A stretch of 64,000 nucleotides of DNA. Origin: Auanema rhodensis. Taxonomy: Eukaryota; Animalia; Nematoda. The notes below the pieces were generated by a model. That model had not been told where the DNA came from, did not search any database, and saw nothing but the letters and a program-made list of their open reading frames with translations. Positions 26,389 to 37,779 of this stretch are shown here, one piece after another (the stretch's first letter is position 1; every line of letters begins with the position of its first letter). The stretch spans positions 17,670,001 to 17,734,000 of the forward strand of contig OZ059899.1 of the NCBI GenBank assembly GCA_964057225.1, given 5' to 3'. The position numbers and the translations under genes were made by a program.

Positions 26389-26738
26389 GTTATATTAGAG
26401 GAAACAAAAAGATCAAATAAGCAAACGATTTATTATAAAAAAAATAGAAATAATCAAACAAAAAATGAAAACAGAATCCCAAACTGCCTTTAATTTATTT
26501 CGAAAAAACAACAATACAATTTTTAGGCCAAAATTATGAATTTGGTTGCAAAAGATGATTACGGTAGTTTCATTGTCAAGGGAGCATTCTTTTGAAGACC
26601 AATTTTATCTTCTTTTTCTTTCATCGTAATTGAATCCAATCGTTTCTAAATGTTATTTTCAATGATATTTTGTTGTTATAAATATCTTTCATAATATTCT
26701 ATAATCAATATATTTAACAATATTCTCATTTCTTAACA
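26367..26738 (-). mobile_element. LTR-retrotransposon fragment, copy 1: single LTR (26388-26738) + tRNA-Pro PBS (26370-26387) + 3 nt
   Basis: Non-satellite 372 bp lying between satellite TCAAGGCA and AAGACGATGG. The minus strand begins TGTTAAG, has AATAAA at 26494-26499 and 26429-26434 with T-rich tracts, ends TAACT, and runs directly into TGGGGGCCGAACCGGGAA. No coding sequence. The terminal CA is ambiguous by 2 bp with the target. Confidence 0.8.
26370..26387 (-). promoter_or_regulatory. Primer-binding site complementary to the 3' 18 nt of tRNA-Pro (extra copy at 26290-26307 from the 80-bp duplication)
   Basis: Plus strand TT-CCCGG-TTCGGCC-C-CCA parses as tRNA positions 59-60, T-stem 3' strand 61-65, acceptor 3' strand 66-72, discriminator C73 and CCA. 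It resembles the classical tRNA-Pro PBS TGGGGGCTCGTCCGGGAT. The isotype is recalled from memory, not searched. Confidence 0.8.
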
Positions 26739-27520
26739 AAGACGATGGACAATGTTATTCAACGAAAAAATTAATTCTGCAGGGTGAAAATCTAGGATAT
26801 AAGTGTGAACTTATATCAGTTGATATCTCGGTGCATTTTTAAGCTAGCGCAAATCTGATAACACAGATCGACGCAGCTTAAAAATCCGCATCGAATGCAC
26901 TATACTACATTGAAAAACGCTTAATACAAAAATTAGTTATGATTGTTTGAAAAAAGATGCATTAGTGTATGTTGAGTTTCCATGTACACTCAACATTGCT
27001 TCCAAAAACATTTTGACAAAAATTTTTCCAAAAAATTTCAAAATAATTTCGCAAAAAGTAAATGTTTTTAGATTCCTTTTTTCAAGGCAAAGACGATGGA
27101 CAATGTTATTCAACGAAAAAATTAATTCTGCAGGGTGAAAATCTAGGATATAAGTGTGAACTTATATCAGTTGATATCTCGGTGCATTTTTAAGCTAGCG
27201 CAAATCTGATAACACAGATCGACGCAGCTTAAAAATCCGCATCGAATGCACTATACTACATTGAAAAACGCTTAATACAAAAATTAGTTATGATCGTTTG
27301 AAAAAAGATGCATTAGTGTATGTTGAGTTTCCATGTACACTCAACATTGCTTCCAAAAACATTTTGACAAAAATTTTTCCAAAAAATTTCAAAATAATTT
27401 CGCAAAAAGTAAATGTTTTTAGATTCCCTTTTTCAAGGCACGGTTCCCGGTTCGGCCCCCAAAAAATTTCAAAATAATTTCGCAAAAAGTAAATGTTTTT
27501 AGATTCCCTTTTTCAAGGCA

Positions 27521-27892
27521 CGGTTCCCGGTTCGGCCCCCAAGTTATATTAGAGGAAACAAAAAGATCAAATAAGCAAACGATTTATTATAAAAAAAATA
27601 GAAATAATCAAACAAAAAATGAAAACAGAATCCCAAACTGCCTTTAATTTATTTCGAAAAAACAACAATACAATTTTTAGGCCAAAATTATGAATTTGGT
27701 TGCAAAAGATGATTACGGTAGTTTCATTGTCAAGGGAGCATTCTTTTGAAGACCAATTTTATCTTCTTTTTCTTTCATCGTAATTGAATCCAATCGTTTC
27801 TAAATGTTATTTTCAATGATATTTTGTTGTTATAAATATCTTTCATAATATTCTATAATCAATATATTTAACAATATTCTCATTTCTTAACA
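27521..27892 (-). mobile_element. LTR + PBS fragment, copy 2 (LTR 27542-27892, PBS 27524-27541)
   Basis: Same sequence and junctions as copy 1, offset +1154. Confidence 0.8.
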
Positions 27893-30429
27893 AAGACGAT
27901 GGACAATGTTATTCAACGAAAAAATTAATTCTGCAGGGTGAAAATCTAGGATATAAGTGTGAACTTATATCAGTTGATATCTCGGTGCATTTTTAAGCTA
28001 GCGCAAATCTGATAACACAGATCGACGCAGCTTAAAAATCCGCATCGAATGCACTATACTACATTGAAAAACGCTTAATACAAAAATTAGTTATGATTGT
28101 TTGAAAAAAGATGCATTAGTGTATGTTGAGTTTCCATGTACACTCAACATTGCTTCCAAAAACATTTTGACAAAAATTTTTCCAAAAAATTTCAAAATAA
28201 TTTCGCAAAAAGTAAATGGTTTTAGATTCCTTTTTTCAAGGCAAAGACGATGGACAATGTTATTCAACGAAAAAATTAATTCTGCAGGGTGAAAATCGAG
28301 GATATAAGTGTGAACTTATATCAGTTGATATCTCGGTGCATTTTTAAGCTAGCGCAAATCTGATAACACAGATCGACGCAGCTTAAAAATCCGCATCGAA
28401 TGCACTATACTACATTGAAAAACGCTTAATACAAAAATTAGTTATGATCGTTTGAAAAATGATGCATTAGTGTATGTTGAGTTTCCATGTACACTCAACA
28501 TTGCTTCCAAAAACATTTTGACAAAAATTTTTCCAAAAAATTTCAAAATAATTTCGCAAAAAGTAAATGGTTTTAGATTCCTTTTTTCAAGGCAAAGACG
28601 ATGGACAATGTTATTCAACGAAAAAATTAATTCTGCAGGGTGAAAATCGAGGATATAAGTGTGAACTTATATCAGTTGATATCTCGGTGCATTTTTAAGC
28701 TAGCGCAAATCTGATAACACAGATCGACGCAGCTTAAAAATCCGCATCGAATGCACTATACTACATTGAAAAACGCTTAATACAAAAATTAGTTATGATC
28801 GTTTGAAAAATGATGCATTAGTGTATGTTGAGTTTCCATGTACACTCAACATTGCTTCCAAAAACATTTTGACAAAAATTTTTCCGAAAAATTTCAAAAT
28901 AATTTCGCAAAAAGTAAATGGTTTTAGATTCCTTTTTTCAAGGCAAAGACGATGGACAATGTTATTCAACGAAAAAATTAATTCTGCAGGGTGAAAATCG
29001 AGGATATAAGTGTGAACTTATATCAGTTGATATCTCGGTGCATTTTTAAGCTAGTGCAAATCTGATAACACAGATCGACGCAGCTTAAAAATCCGCATCG
29101 AATGCACTATACTACATTGAAAAACGCTTAATACAAAAATTAGTTATGATCGTTTGAAAAATGATGCATTAGTGTATGTTGAGTTTCCATGTACACTCAA
29201 CATTGCTTCCAAAAACATTTTGACAAAAATTTTTCCGAAAAATTTCAAAATAATTTCGCAAAAAGTAGATGTTTTTAGATTCCTTTTTTCAAGGCAAAGA
29301 CGATGGACAATGTTATTTAACGAAAAAATTAATTCTGCAGGGTGAAAATCGAGGATATAAGTGTGAACTTATATCAGTTGATATCTCGGTGCATTTTTAA
29401 GCTAGCGCAAATCTGATAACACAGATCGACGCAGCTTAAAAATCCGCATCGAATGCATTATACGACATTGAGAAACCCTCAATACAAAAATTAGTTATGA
29501 TCGTTTAAAAAATGATGCATTAGTGTGTGTTGAGTTTCCATGTACACTCAACATTGCTTCCAAAAACATTTTGACAAAAATTTTTCCGAAAAATTTCAAA
29601 ATAATTTCGCAAAAAGTAGATGTTTTTAGATTCCTTTTTTCAAGGCAAAGACGATGGACAATGTTATTTAACGAAAAAATTAATTCTGCAGGGTGAAAAT
29701 CGAGGATATAAGTGTGAACTTATATCAGTTGATATCTCGGTGCATTTTTAAGCTAGCGCAAATCTGATAACACAGATCGACGCAGTTTAAAAATCCGCAT
29801 CGAATGCACTATACTACATTGAAAAACGCTTAATACAAAAATTAGTTATGATTGTTTGAAAACAGATGCATTAGTGTATGTTGAGTTTCCATGTACACTC
29901 AACATTGCTTCCAAAAACATTTTGACAAAAATTTTTCCAAAAAATTTCAAAATAATTTCGCAAAAAGTAAATGTTTTTAGATTCCTTTTTTCAAGGCAAA
30001 GACGATGGACAATGTTATTCAACGAAAAAATTAATTCTGCAGGGTGAAAATCTAGGATATAAGTGTGAACTTATATCAGTTGATATCTCGGTGCATTTTT
30101 AAGCTAGCGCAAATCTGATAACACAGATCGACGCAGCTTAAAAATCCGCATCGAATGCACTATACTACATTGAAAAACGCTTAATACAAAAATTAGTTAT
30201 GATCGTTTGAAAAAAGATGCATTAGTGTATGTTGAGTTTCCATGTACACTCAACATTGCTTCCAAAAACATTTTGACAAAAATTTTTCCAAAAAATTTCA
30301 AAATAATTTCGCAAAAAGTAAATGTTTTTAGATTCCCTTTTTCAAGGCACGGTTCCCGGTTCGGCCCCCAAAAAATTTCAAAATAATTTCGCAAAAAGTA
30401 AATGTTTTTAGATTCCCTTTTTCAAGGCA

Positions 30430-30801
30430 CGGTTCCCGGTTCGGCCCCCAAGTTATATTAGAGGAAACAAAAAGATCAAATAAGCAAACGATTTATTATA
30501 AAAAAAATAGAAATAATCAAACAAAAAATGAAAACAGAATCCCAAACTGCCTTTAATTTATTTCGAAAAAACAACAATACAATTTTTAGGCCAAAATTAT
30601 GAATTTGGTTGCAAAAGATGATTACGGTAGTTTCATTGTCAAGGGAGCATTCTTTTGAAGACCAATTTTATCTTCTTTTTCTTTCATCGTAATTGAATCC
30701 AATCGTTTCTAAATGTTATTTTCAATGATATTTTGTTGTTATAAATATCTTTCATAATATTCTATAATCAATATATTTAACAATATTCTCATTTCTTAAC
30801 A
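30430..30801 (-). mobile_element. LTR + PBS fragment, copy 3 (LTR 30451-30801, PBS 30433-30450)
   Basis: Same sequence and junctions as copy 1, offset +4063. Confidence 0.8.
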
Positions 30802-31583
30802 AAGACGATGGACAATGTTATTCAACGAAAAAATTAATTCTGCAGGGTGAAAATCTAGGATATAAGTGTGAACTTATATCAGTTGATATCTCGGTGCATT
30901 TTTAAGCTAGCGCAAATCTGATAACACAGATCGACGCAGCTTAAAAATCCGCATCGAATGCACTATACTACATTGAAAAACGCTTAATACAAAAATTAGT
31001 TATGATTGTTTGAAAAAAGATGCATTAGTGTATGTTGAGTTTCCATGTACACTCAACATTGCTTCCAAAAACATTTTGACAAAAATTTTTCCAAAAAATT
31101 TCAAAATAATTTCGCAAAAAGTAAATGTTTTTAGATTCCTTTTTTCAAGGCAAAGACGATGGACAATGTTATTCAACGAAAAAATTAATTCTGCAGGGTG
31201 AAAATCTAGGATATAAGTGTGAACTTATATCAGTTGATATCTCGGTGCATTTTTAAGCTAGCGCAAATCTGATAACACAGATCGACGCAGCTTAAAAATC
31301 CGCATCGAATGCACTATACTACATTGAAAAACGCTTAATACAAAAATTAGTTATGATCGTTTGAAAAAAGATGCATTAGTGTATGTTGAGTTTCCATGTA
31401 CACTCAACATTGCTTCCAAAAACATTTTGACAAAAATTTTTCCAAAAAATTTCAAAATAATTTCGCAAAAAGTAAATGTTTTTAGATTCCCTTTTTCAAG
31501 GCACGGTTCCCGGTTCGGCCCCCAAAAAATTTCAAAATAATTTCGCAAAAAGTAAATGTTTTTAGATTCCCTTTTTCAAGGCA

Positions 31584-31955
31584 CGGTTCCCGGTTCGGCC
31601 CCCAAGTTATATTAGAGGAAACAAAAAGATCAAATAAGCAAACGATTTATTATAAAAAAAATAGAAATAATCAAACAAAAAATGAAAACAGAATCCCAAA
31701 CTGCCTTTAATTTATTTCGAAAAAACAACAATACAATTTTTAGGCCAAAATTATGAATTTGGTTGCAAAAGATGATTACGGTAGTTTCATTGTCAAGGGA
31801 GCATTCTTTTGAAGACCAATTTTATCTTCTTTTTCTTTCATCGTAATTGAATCCAATCGTTTCTAAATGTTATTTTCAATGATATTTTGTTGTTATAAAT
31901 ATCTTTCATAATATTCTATAATCAATATATTTAACAATATTCTCATTTCTTAACA
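31584..31955 (-). mobile_element. LTR + PBS fragment, copy 4 (LTR 31605-31955, PBS 31587-31604)
   Basis: Same sequence and junctions as copy 1, offset +5217. Confidence 0.8.
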
Positions 31956-34900
31956 AAGACGATGGACAATGTTATTCAACGAAAAAATTAATTCTGCAGG
32001 GTGAAAATCTAGGATATAAGTGTGAACTTATATCAGTTGATATCTCGGTGCATTTTTAAGCTAGCGCAAATCTGATAACACAGATCGACGCAGCTTAAAA
32101 ATCCGCATCGAATGCACTATACTACATTGAAAAACGCTTAATACAAAAATTAGTTATGATTGTTTGAAAAAAGATGCATTAGTGTATGTTGAGTTTCCAT
32201 GTACACTCAACATTGCTTCCAAAAACATTTTGACAAAAATTTTTCCAAAAAATTTCAAAATAATTTCGCAAAAAGTAAATGGTTTTAGATTCCTTTTTTC
32301 AAGGCAAAGACGATGGACAATGTTATTCAACGAAAAAATTAATTCTGCAGGGTGAAAATCGAGGATATAAGTGTGAACTTATATCAGTTGATATCTCGGT
32401 GCATTTTTAAGCTAGCGCAAATCTGATAACACAGATCGACGCAGCTTAAAAATCCGCATCGAATGCACTATACTACATTGAAAAACGCTTAATACAAAAA
32501 TTAGTTATGATCGTTTGAAAAATGATGCATTAGTGTATGTTGAGTTTCCATGTACACTCAACATTGCTTCCAAAAACATTTTGACAAAAATTTTTCCAAA
32601 AAATTTCAAAATAATTTCGCAAAAAGTAAATGGTTTTAGATTCCTTTTTTCAAGGCAAAGACGATGGACAATGTTATTCAACGAAAAAATTAATTCTGCA
32701 GGGTGAAAATCGAGGATATAAGTGTGAACTTATATCAGTTGATATCTCGGTGCATTTTTAAGCTAGCGCAAATCTGATAACACAGATCGACGCAGCTTAA
32801 AAATCCGCATCGAATGCACTATACTACATTGAAAAACGCTTAATACAAAAATTAGTTATGATCGTTTGAAAAATGATGCATTAGTGTATGTTGAGTTTCC
32901 ATGTACACTCAACATTGCTTCCAAAAACATTTTGACAAAAATTTTTCCGAAAAATTTCAAAATAATTTCGCAAAAAGTAAATGGTTTTAGATTCCTTTTT
33001 TCAAGGCAAAGACGATGGACAATGTTATTCAACGAAAAAATTAATTCTGCAGGGTGAAAATCGAGGATATAAGTGTGAACTTATATCAGTTGATATCTCG
33101 GTGCATTTTTAAGCTAGTGCAAATCTGATAACACAGATCGACGCAGCTTAAAAATCCGCATCGAATGCACTATACTACATTGAAAAACGCTTAATACAAA
33201 AATTAGTTATGATCGTTTGAAAAATGATGCATTAGTGTATGTTGAGTTTCCATGTACACTCAACATTGCTTCCAAAAACATTTTGACAAAAATTTTTCCG
33301 AAAAATTTCAAAATAATTTCGCAAAAAGTAGATGTTTTTAGATTCCTTTTTTCAAGGCAAAGACGATGGACAATGTTATTTAACGAAAAAATTAATTCTG
33401 CAGGGTGAAAATCGAGGATATAAGTGTGAACTTATATCAGTTGATATCTCGGTGCATTTTTAAGCTAGCGCAAATCTGATAACACAGATCGACGCAGCTT
33501 AAAAATCCGCATCGAATGCATTATACGACATTGAGAAACCCTCAATACAAAAATTAGTTATGATCGTTTAAAAAATGATGCATTAGTGTGTGTTGAGTTT
33601 CCATGTACACTCAACATTGCTTCCAAAAACATTTTGACAAAAATTTTTCCGAAAAATTTCAAAATAATTTCGCAAAAAGTAGATGTTTTTAGATTCCTTT
33701 TTTCAAGGCAAAGACGATGGACAATGTTATTTAACGAAAAAATTAATTCTGCAGGGTGAAAATCGAGGATATAAGTGTGAACTTATATCAGTTGATATCT
33801 CGGTGCATTTTTAAGCTAGCGCAAATCTGATAACACAGATCGACGCAGTTTAAAAATCCGCATCGAATGCACTATACTACATTGAAAAACGCTTAATACA
33901 AAAATTAGTTATGATTGTTTGAAAAATAATGCATTAGTGTATGTTGAGTTTCCATGTACACTCAACATTGCTTCCAAAAACATTTTGACAAAAATTTTTC
34001 CAAAAAATTTCAAAATAATTTCGCAAAAAGTAAATGTTTTTAGATTCCTTTCTCCAAGGCAAAGACGATGGACAATGTTATTCAACGAAAAAATTAATTC
34101 TGCAGGGTGAAAATCGAGGATATAAGTGTGAACTTATATCAGTTGATATCTCGGTGCATTTTTAAGCTAGCGCAAATCTGATAACACAGATCGACGCAGC
34201 TTAAAAATCCGCATCGAATGCACTATACTACATTGAAAAACGCTTAATACAAAAATTAGTTATGATTGTTTGAAAAAAGATGCATTAGTGTATGTTGAGT
34301 TTCCATGTACACTCAACATTGCTTCCAAAAACATTTTGACAAAAATTTTTCCAAAAAATTTCAAGATAATTACGCAAAAAGTAAATGTTTTTAGATTCCT
34401 TTTTTCAAGGCAAAGACGATGGACAATGTTATTCAACGAAAAAATTAATTCTGCAGGGTGAAAATCGAGGATATAAGTGTGAACTTATATCAGTTGATAT
34501 CTCGGTGCATTTTTAAGCTAGCGCAAATCTGATAACACAGATCGACGCAGCTTAAAAATCCGCATCGAATGCACTATACTACATTGAAAAACGCTTAATA
34601 CAAAAATTAGTTATGATCGTTTGAAAAATGATGCATTAGTGTATGTTGAGTTTCCATGTACACTCAACATTGCTTCCAAAAACATTTTGACAAAAATTTT
34701 TCCAAAAAATTTCAAAATAATTTCGCAAAAAGTAAATGGTTTTAGATTCCTTTTTTCAAGGCAAAGACGATGGACAATGTTATTCAACGAAAAAATTAAT
34801 TCTGCAGGGTGAAAATCGAGGATATAAGTGTGAACTTATATCAGTTGATATCTCGGTGCATTTTTAAGCTAGCGCAAATCTGATAACACAGATCGACGCA

Positions 34901-37779
34901 GCTTAAAAATCCGCATCGAATGCACTATACTACATTGAAAAACGCTTAATACAAAAATTAGTTATGATCGTTTGAAAAAAGATGCATTAGTGTATGTTGA
35001 GTTTCCATGTACACTCAACATTGCTTCCAAAAACATTTTGACAAAAATTTTTCCAAAAAATTTCAAAATAATTTCGCAAAAAGTAAATGTTTTTAGATTC
35101 CTTTTTTCAAGGCAAAGACGATGGACAATGTTATTCAACGAAAAAATTGATTCTGCAGGGTGAAAATCGAGGATATAAGTGTGAACTTATATCAGTTGAT
35201 ATCTCGGTGCATTTTTAAGCTAGCGCAAATCTGATAACACAGCTCGACGCAGCTTAAAAATCCGCATCGAATGCTTTATACAACATTGAGAAACGCTTAA
35301 TACAAAAATTAGTTATGATCGTTTGAAAAAAGATGCATTAGTGTATGTTGAGTTTCCATGTACACTCAACATTGCTTCCAAAAACATTTTGACAAAAATT
35401 TTTCCAAAAAATTTCAAAATAATTTCGCAAAAAGTAAATGGTTTTAGATTCCTTTTTTCAAGGCAAAGACGATGGACAATGTTATTCAACGAAAAAATTA
35501 ATTCTGCAGGGTGAAAATCGAGGATATAAGTGTGAACTTATATCAGTTGATATCTCGGTGCATTTTTAAGCTAGCGCAAATCTGATAACACAGATCGACG
35601 CAGCTTAAAAATCCGCATCGAATGCTTTATACTACATTGAAAAACGCTTAATACAAAAATTAGTTATGATCGTTTGAAAAATGATGCATTAGTGTATGTT
35701 GAGTTTCCATGTACACTCAACATTGCTTCCAAAAACATTTTGACAAAAATTTTTCCAAAAAATTTCAAAATAATTTCGCAAAAAGTAAATGGTTTTAGAT
35801 TCCTTTTTTCAAGGCAAAGACGATGGACAATGTTATTCAACGAAAAAATTAATTCTGCAGGGTGAAAATCGAGGATATAAGTGTGAACTTATATCAGTTG
35901 ATATCTCGGTGCATTTTTAAGCTAGCGCAAATCTGATAACACAGATCGACGCAGCTTAAAAATCCGCATCGAATGCACTATACTACATTGAAAAACGCTT
36001 AATACAAAAATTAGTTATGATCGTTTGAAAAATGATGCATTAGTGTATGTTGAGTTTCCATGTACACTCAACATTGCTTCCAAAAACATTTTGACAAAAA
36101 TTTTTCCGAAAAATTTCAAAATAATTTCGCAAAAAGTAAATGGTTTTAGATTCCTTTTTTCAAGGCAAAGACGATGGACAATGTTATTCAACGAAAAAAT
36201 TAATTCTGCAGGGTGAAAATCGAGGATATAAGTGTGAACTTATATCAGTTGATATCTCGGTGCATTTTTAAGCTAGTGCAAATCTGATAACACAGATCGA
36301 CGCAGCTTAAAAATCCGCATCGAATGCACTATACTACATTGAAAAACGCTTAATACAAAAATTAGTTATGATTGTTTGAAAAAAGATGCATTAGTGTATG
36401 TTGAGTTTCCATGTACACTCAACATTGCTTCCAAAAACATTTTGACAAAAATTTTTCCAAAAAATTTCAAGATAATTACGCAAAAAGTAAATGTTTTTAG
36501 ATTCCTTTTTTCAAGGCAAAGACGATGGACAATGTTATTCAACGAAAAAATTAATTCTGCAGGGTGAAAATCGAGGATATAAGTGTGAACTTATATCAGT
36601 TGATATCTCGGTGCATTTTTAAGCTAGCGCAAATCTGATAACACAGATCGACGCAGCTTAAAAATCCGCATCGAATGCACTATACTACATTGAAAAACGC
36701 TTAATACAAAAATTAGTTATGATTGTTTGAAAAAAGATGCATTAGTGTATGTTGAGTTTCCATGTACACTCAACATTGCTTCCAAAAACATTTTGACAAA
36801 AATTTTTCCAAAAAATTTCAAGATAATTACGCAAAAAGTAAATGTTTTTAGATTCCTTTTTTCAAGGCAAAGACGATGGACAATGTTATTCAACGAAAAA
36901 ATTAATTCTGCAGGGTGAAAATCGAGGATATAAGTGTGAACTTATATCAGTTGATATCTCGGTGCATTTTTAAGCTAGCGCAAATCTGATAACACAGATC
37001 GACGCAGCTTAAAAATCCGCATCGAATGCACTATACTACATTGAAAAACGCTTAATACAAAAATTAGTTATGATCGTTTGAAAAATGATGCATTAGTGTA
37101 TGTTGAGTTTCCATGTACACTCAACATTGCTTCCAAAAACATTTTGACAAAAATTTTTCCAAAAAATTTCAAAATAATTTCGCAAAAAGTAAATGGTTTT
37201 AGATTCCTTTTTTCAAGGCAAAGACGATGGACAATGTTATTCAACGAAAAAATTAATTCTGCAGGGTGAAAATCGAGGATATAAGTGTGAACTTATATCA
37301 GTTGATATCTCGGTGCATTTTTAAGCTAGCGCAAATCTGATAACACAGATCGACGCAGCTTAAAAATCCGCATCGAATGCACTATACTACATTGAAAAAC
37401 GCTTAATACAAAAATTAGTTATGATCGTTTGAAAAAAGATGCATTAGTGTATGTTGAGTTTCCATGTACACTCAACATTGCTTCCAAAAACATTTTGACA
37501 AAAATTTTTCCAAAAAATTTCAAAATAATTTCGCAAAAAGTAAATGTTTTTAGATTCCTTTTTTCAAGGCAAAGACGATGGACAATGTTATTCAACGAAA
37601 AAATTAATTCTGCAGGGTGAAAATCGAGGATATAAGTGTGAACTTATATCAGTTGATATCTCGGTGCATTTTTAAGCTAGCGCAAATCTGATAACACAGA
37701 TCGACGCAGCTTAAAAATCCGCATCGAATGCACTATACTACATTGAAAAACGCTTAATACAAAAATTAGTTATGATCGT

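Larger units (their letters stand above)
25793..33918 (+). repeat. 4063-bp tandem duplication (9 monomers plus two 452-bp insertions), two copies
   Basis: Private markers recur at +4063: AAACAGATG (25793/29856 monomers), inserts 26287/30350 and 27441/31504, CTAGTGC, the divergent monomer at ~29457/33520, and GCAGTTT at ~29786/33849. 9x351+2x452=4063. Breakpoint known to within ~75 bp. Confidence 0.92.

Noticed and set aside
26367-26390. tRNA gene or tRNA-derived SINE
   Set aside because: Only the 3' 18 nt including CCA are present, with no D arm, anticodon arm or A box. Its position next to an LTR-like end fits a PBS.
26367-26738. DNA transposon, MITE or Helitron (TTAA near the right end, GC-rich left end, possible 2-bp CA TSD)
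   Set aside because: No terminal inverted repeats at the insert ends, TTAA is not duplicated, and there are no TC...CTRR termini or A/T target. The GC-rich end does not form a good hairpin and is explained as a PBS.
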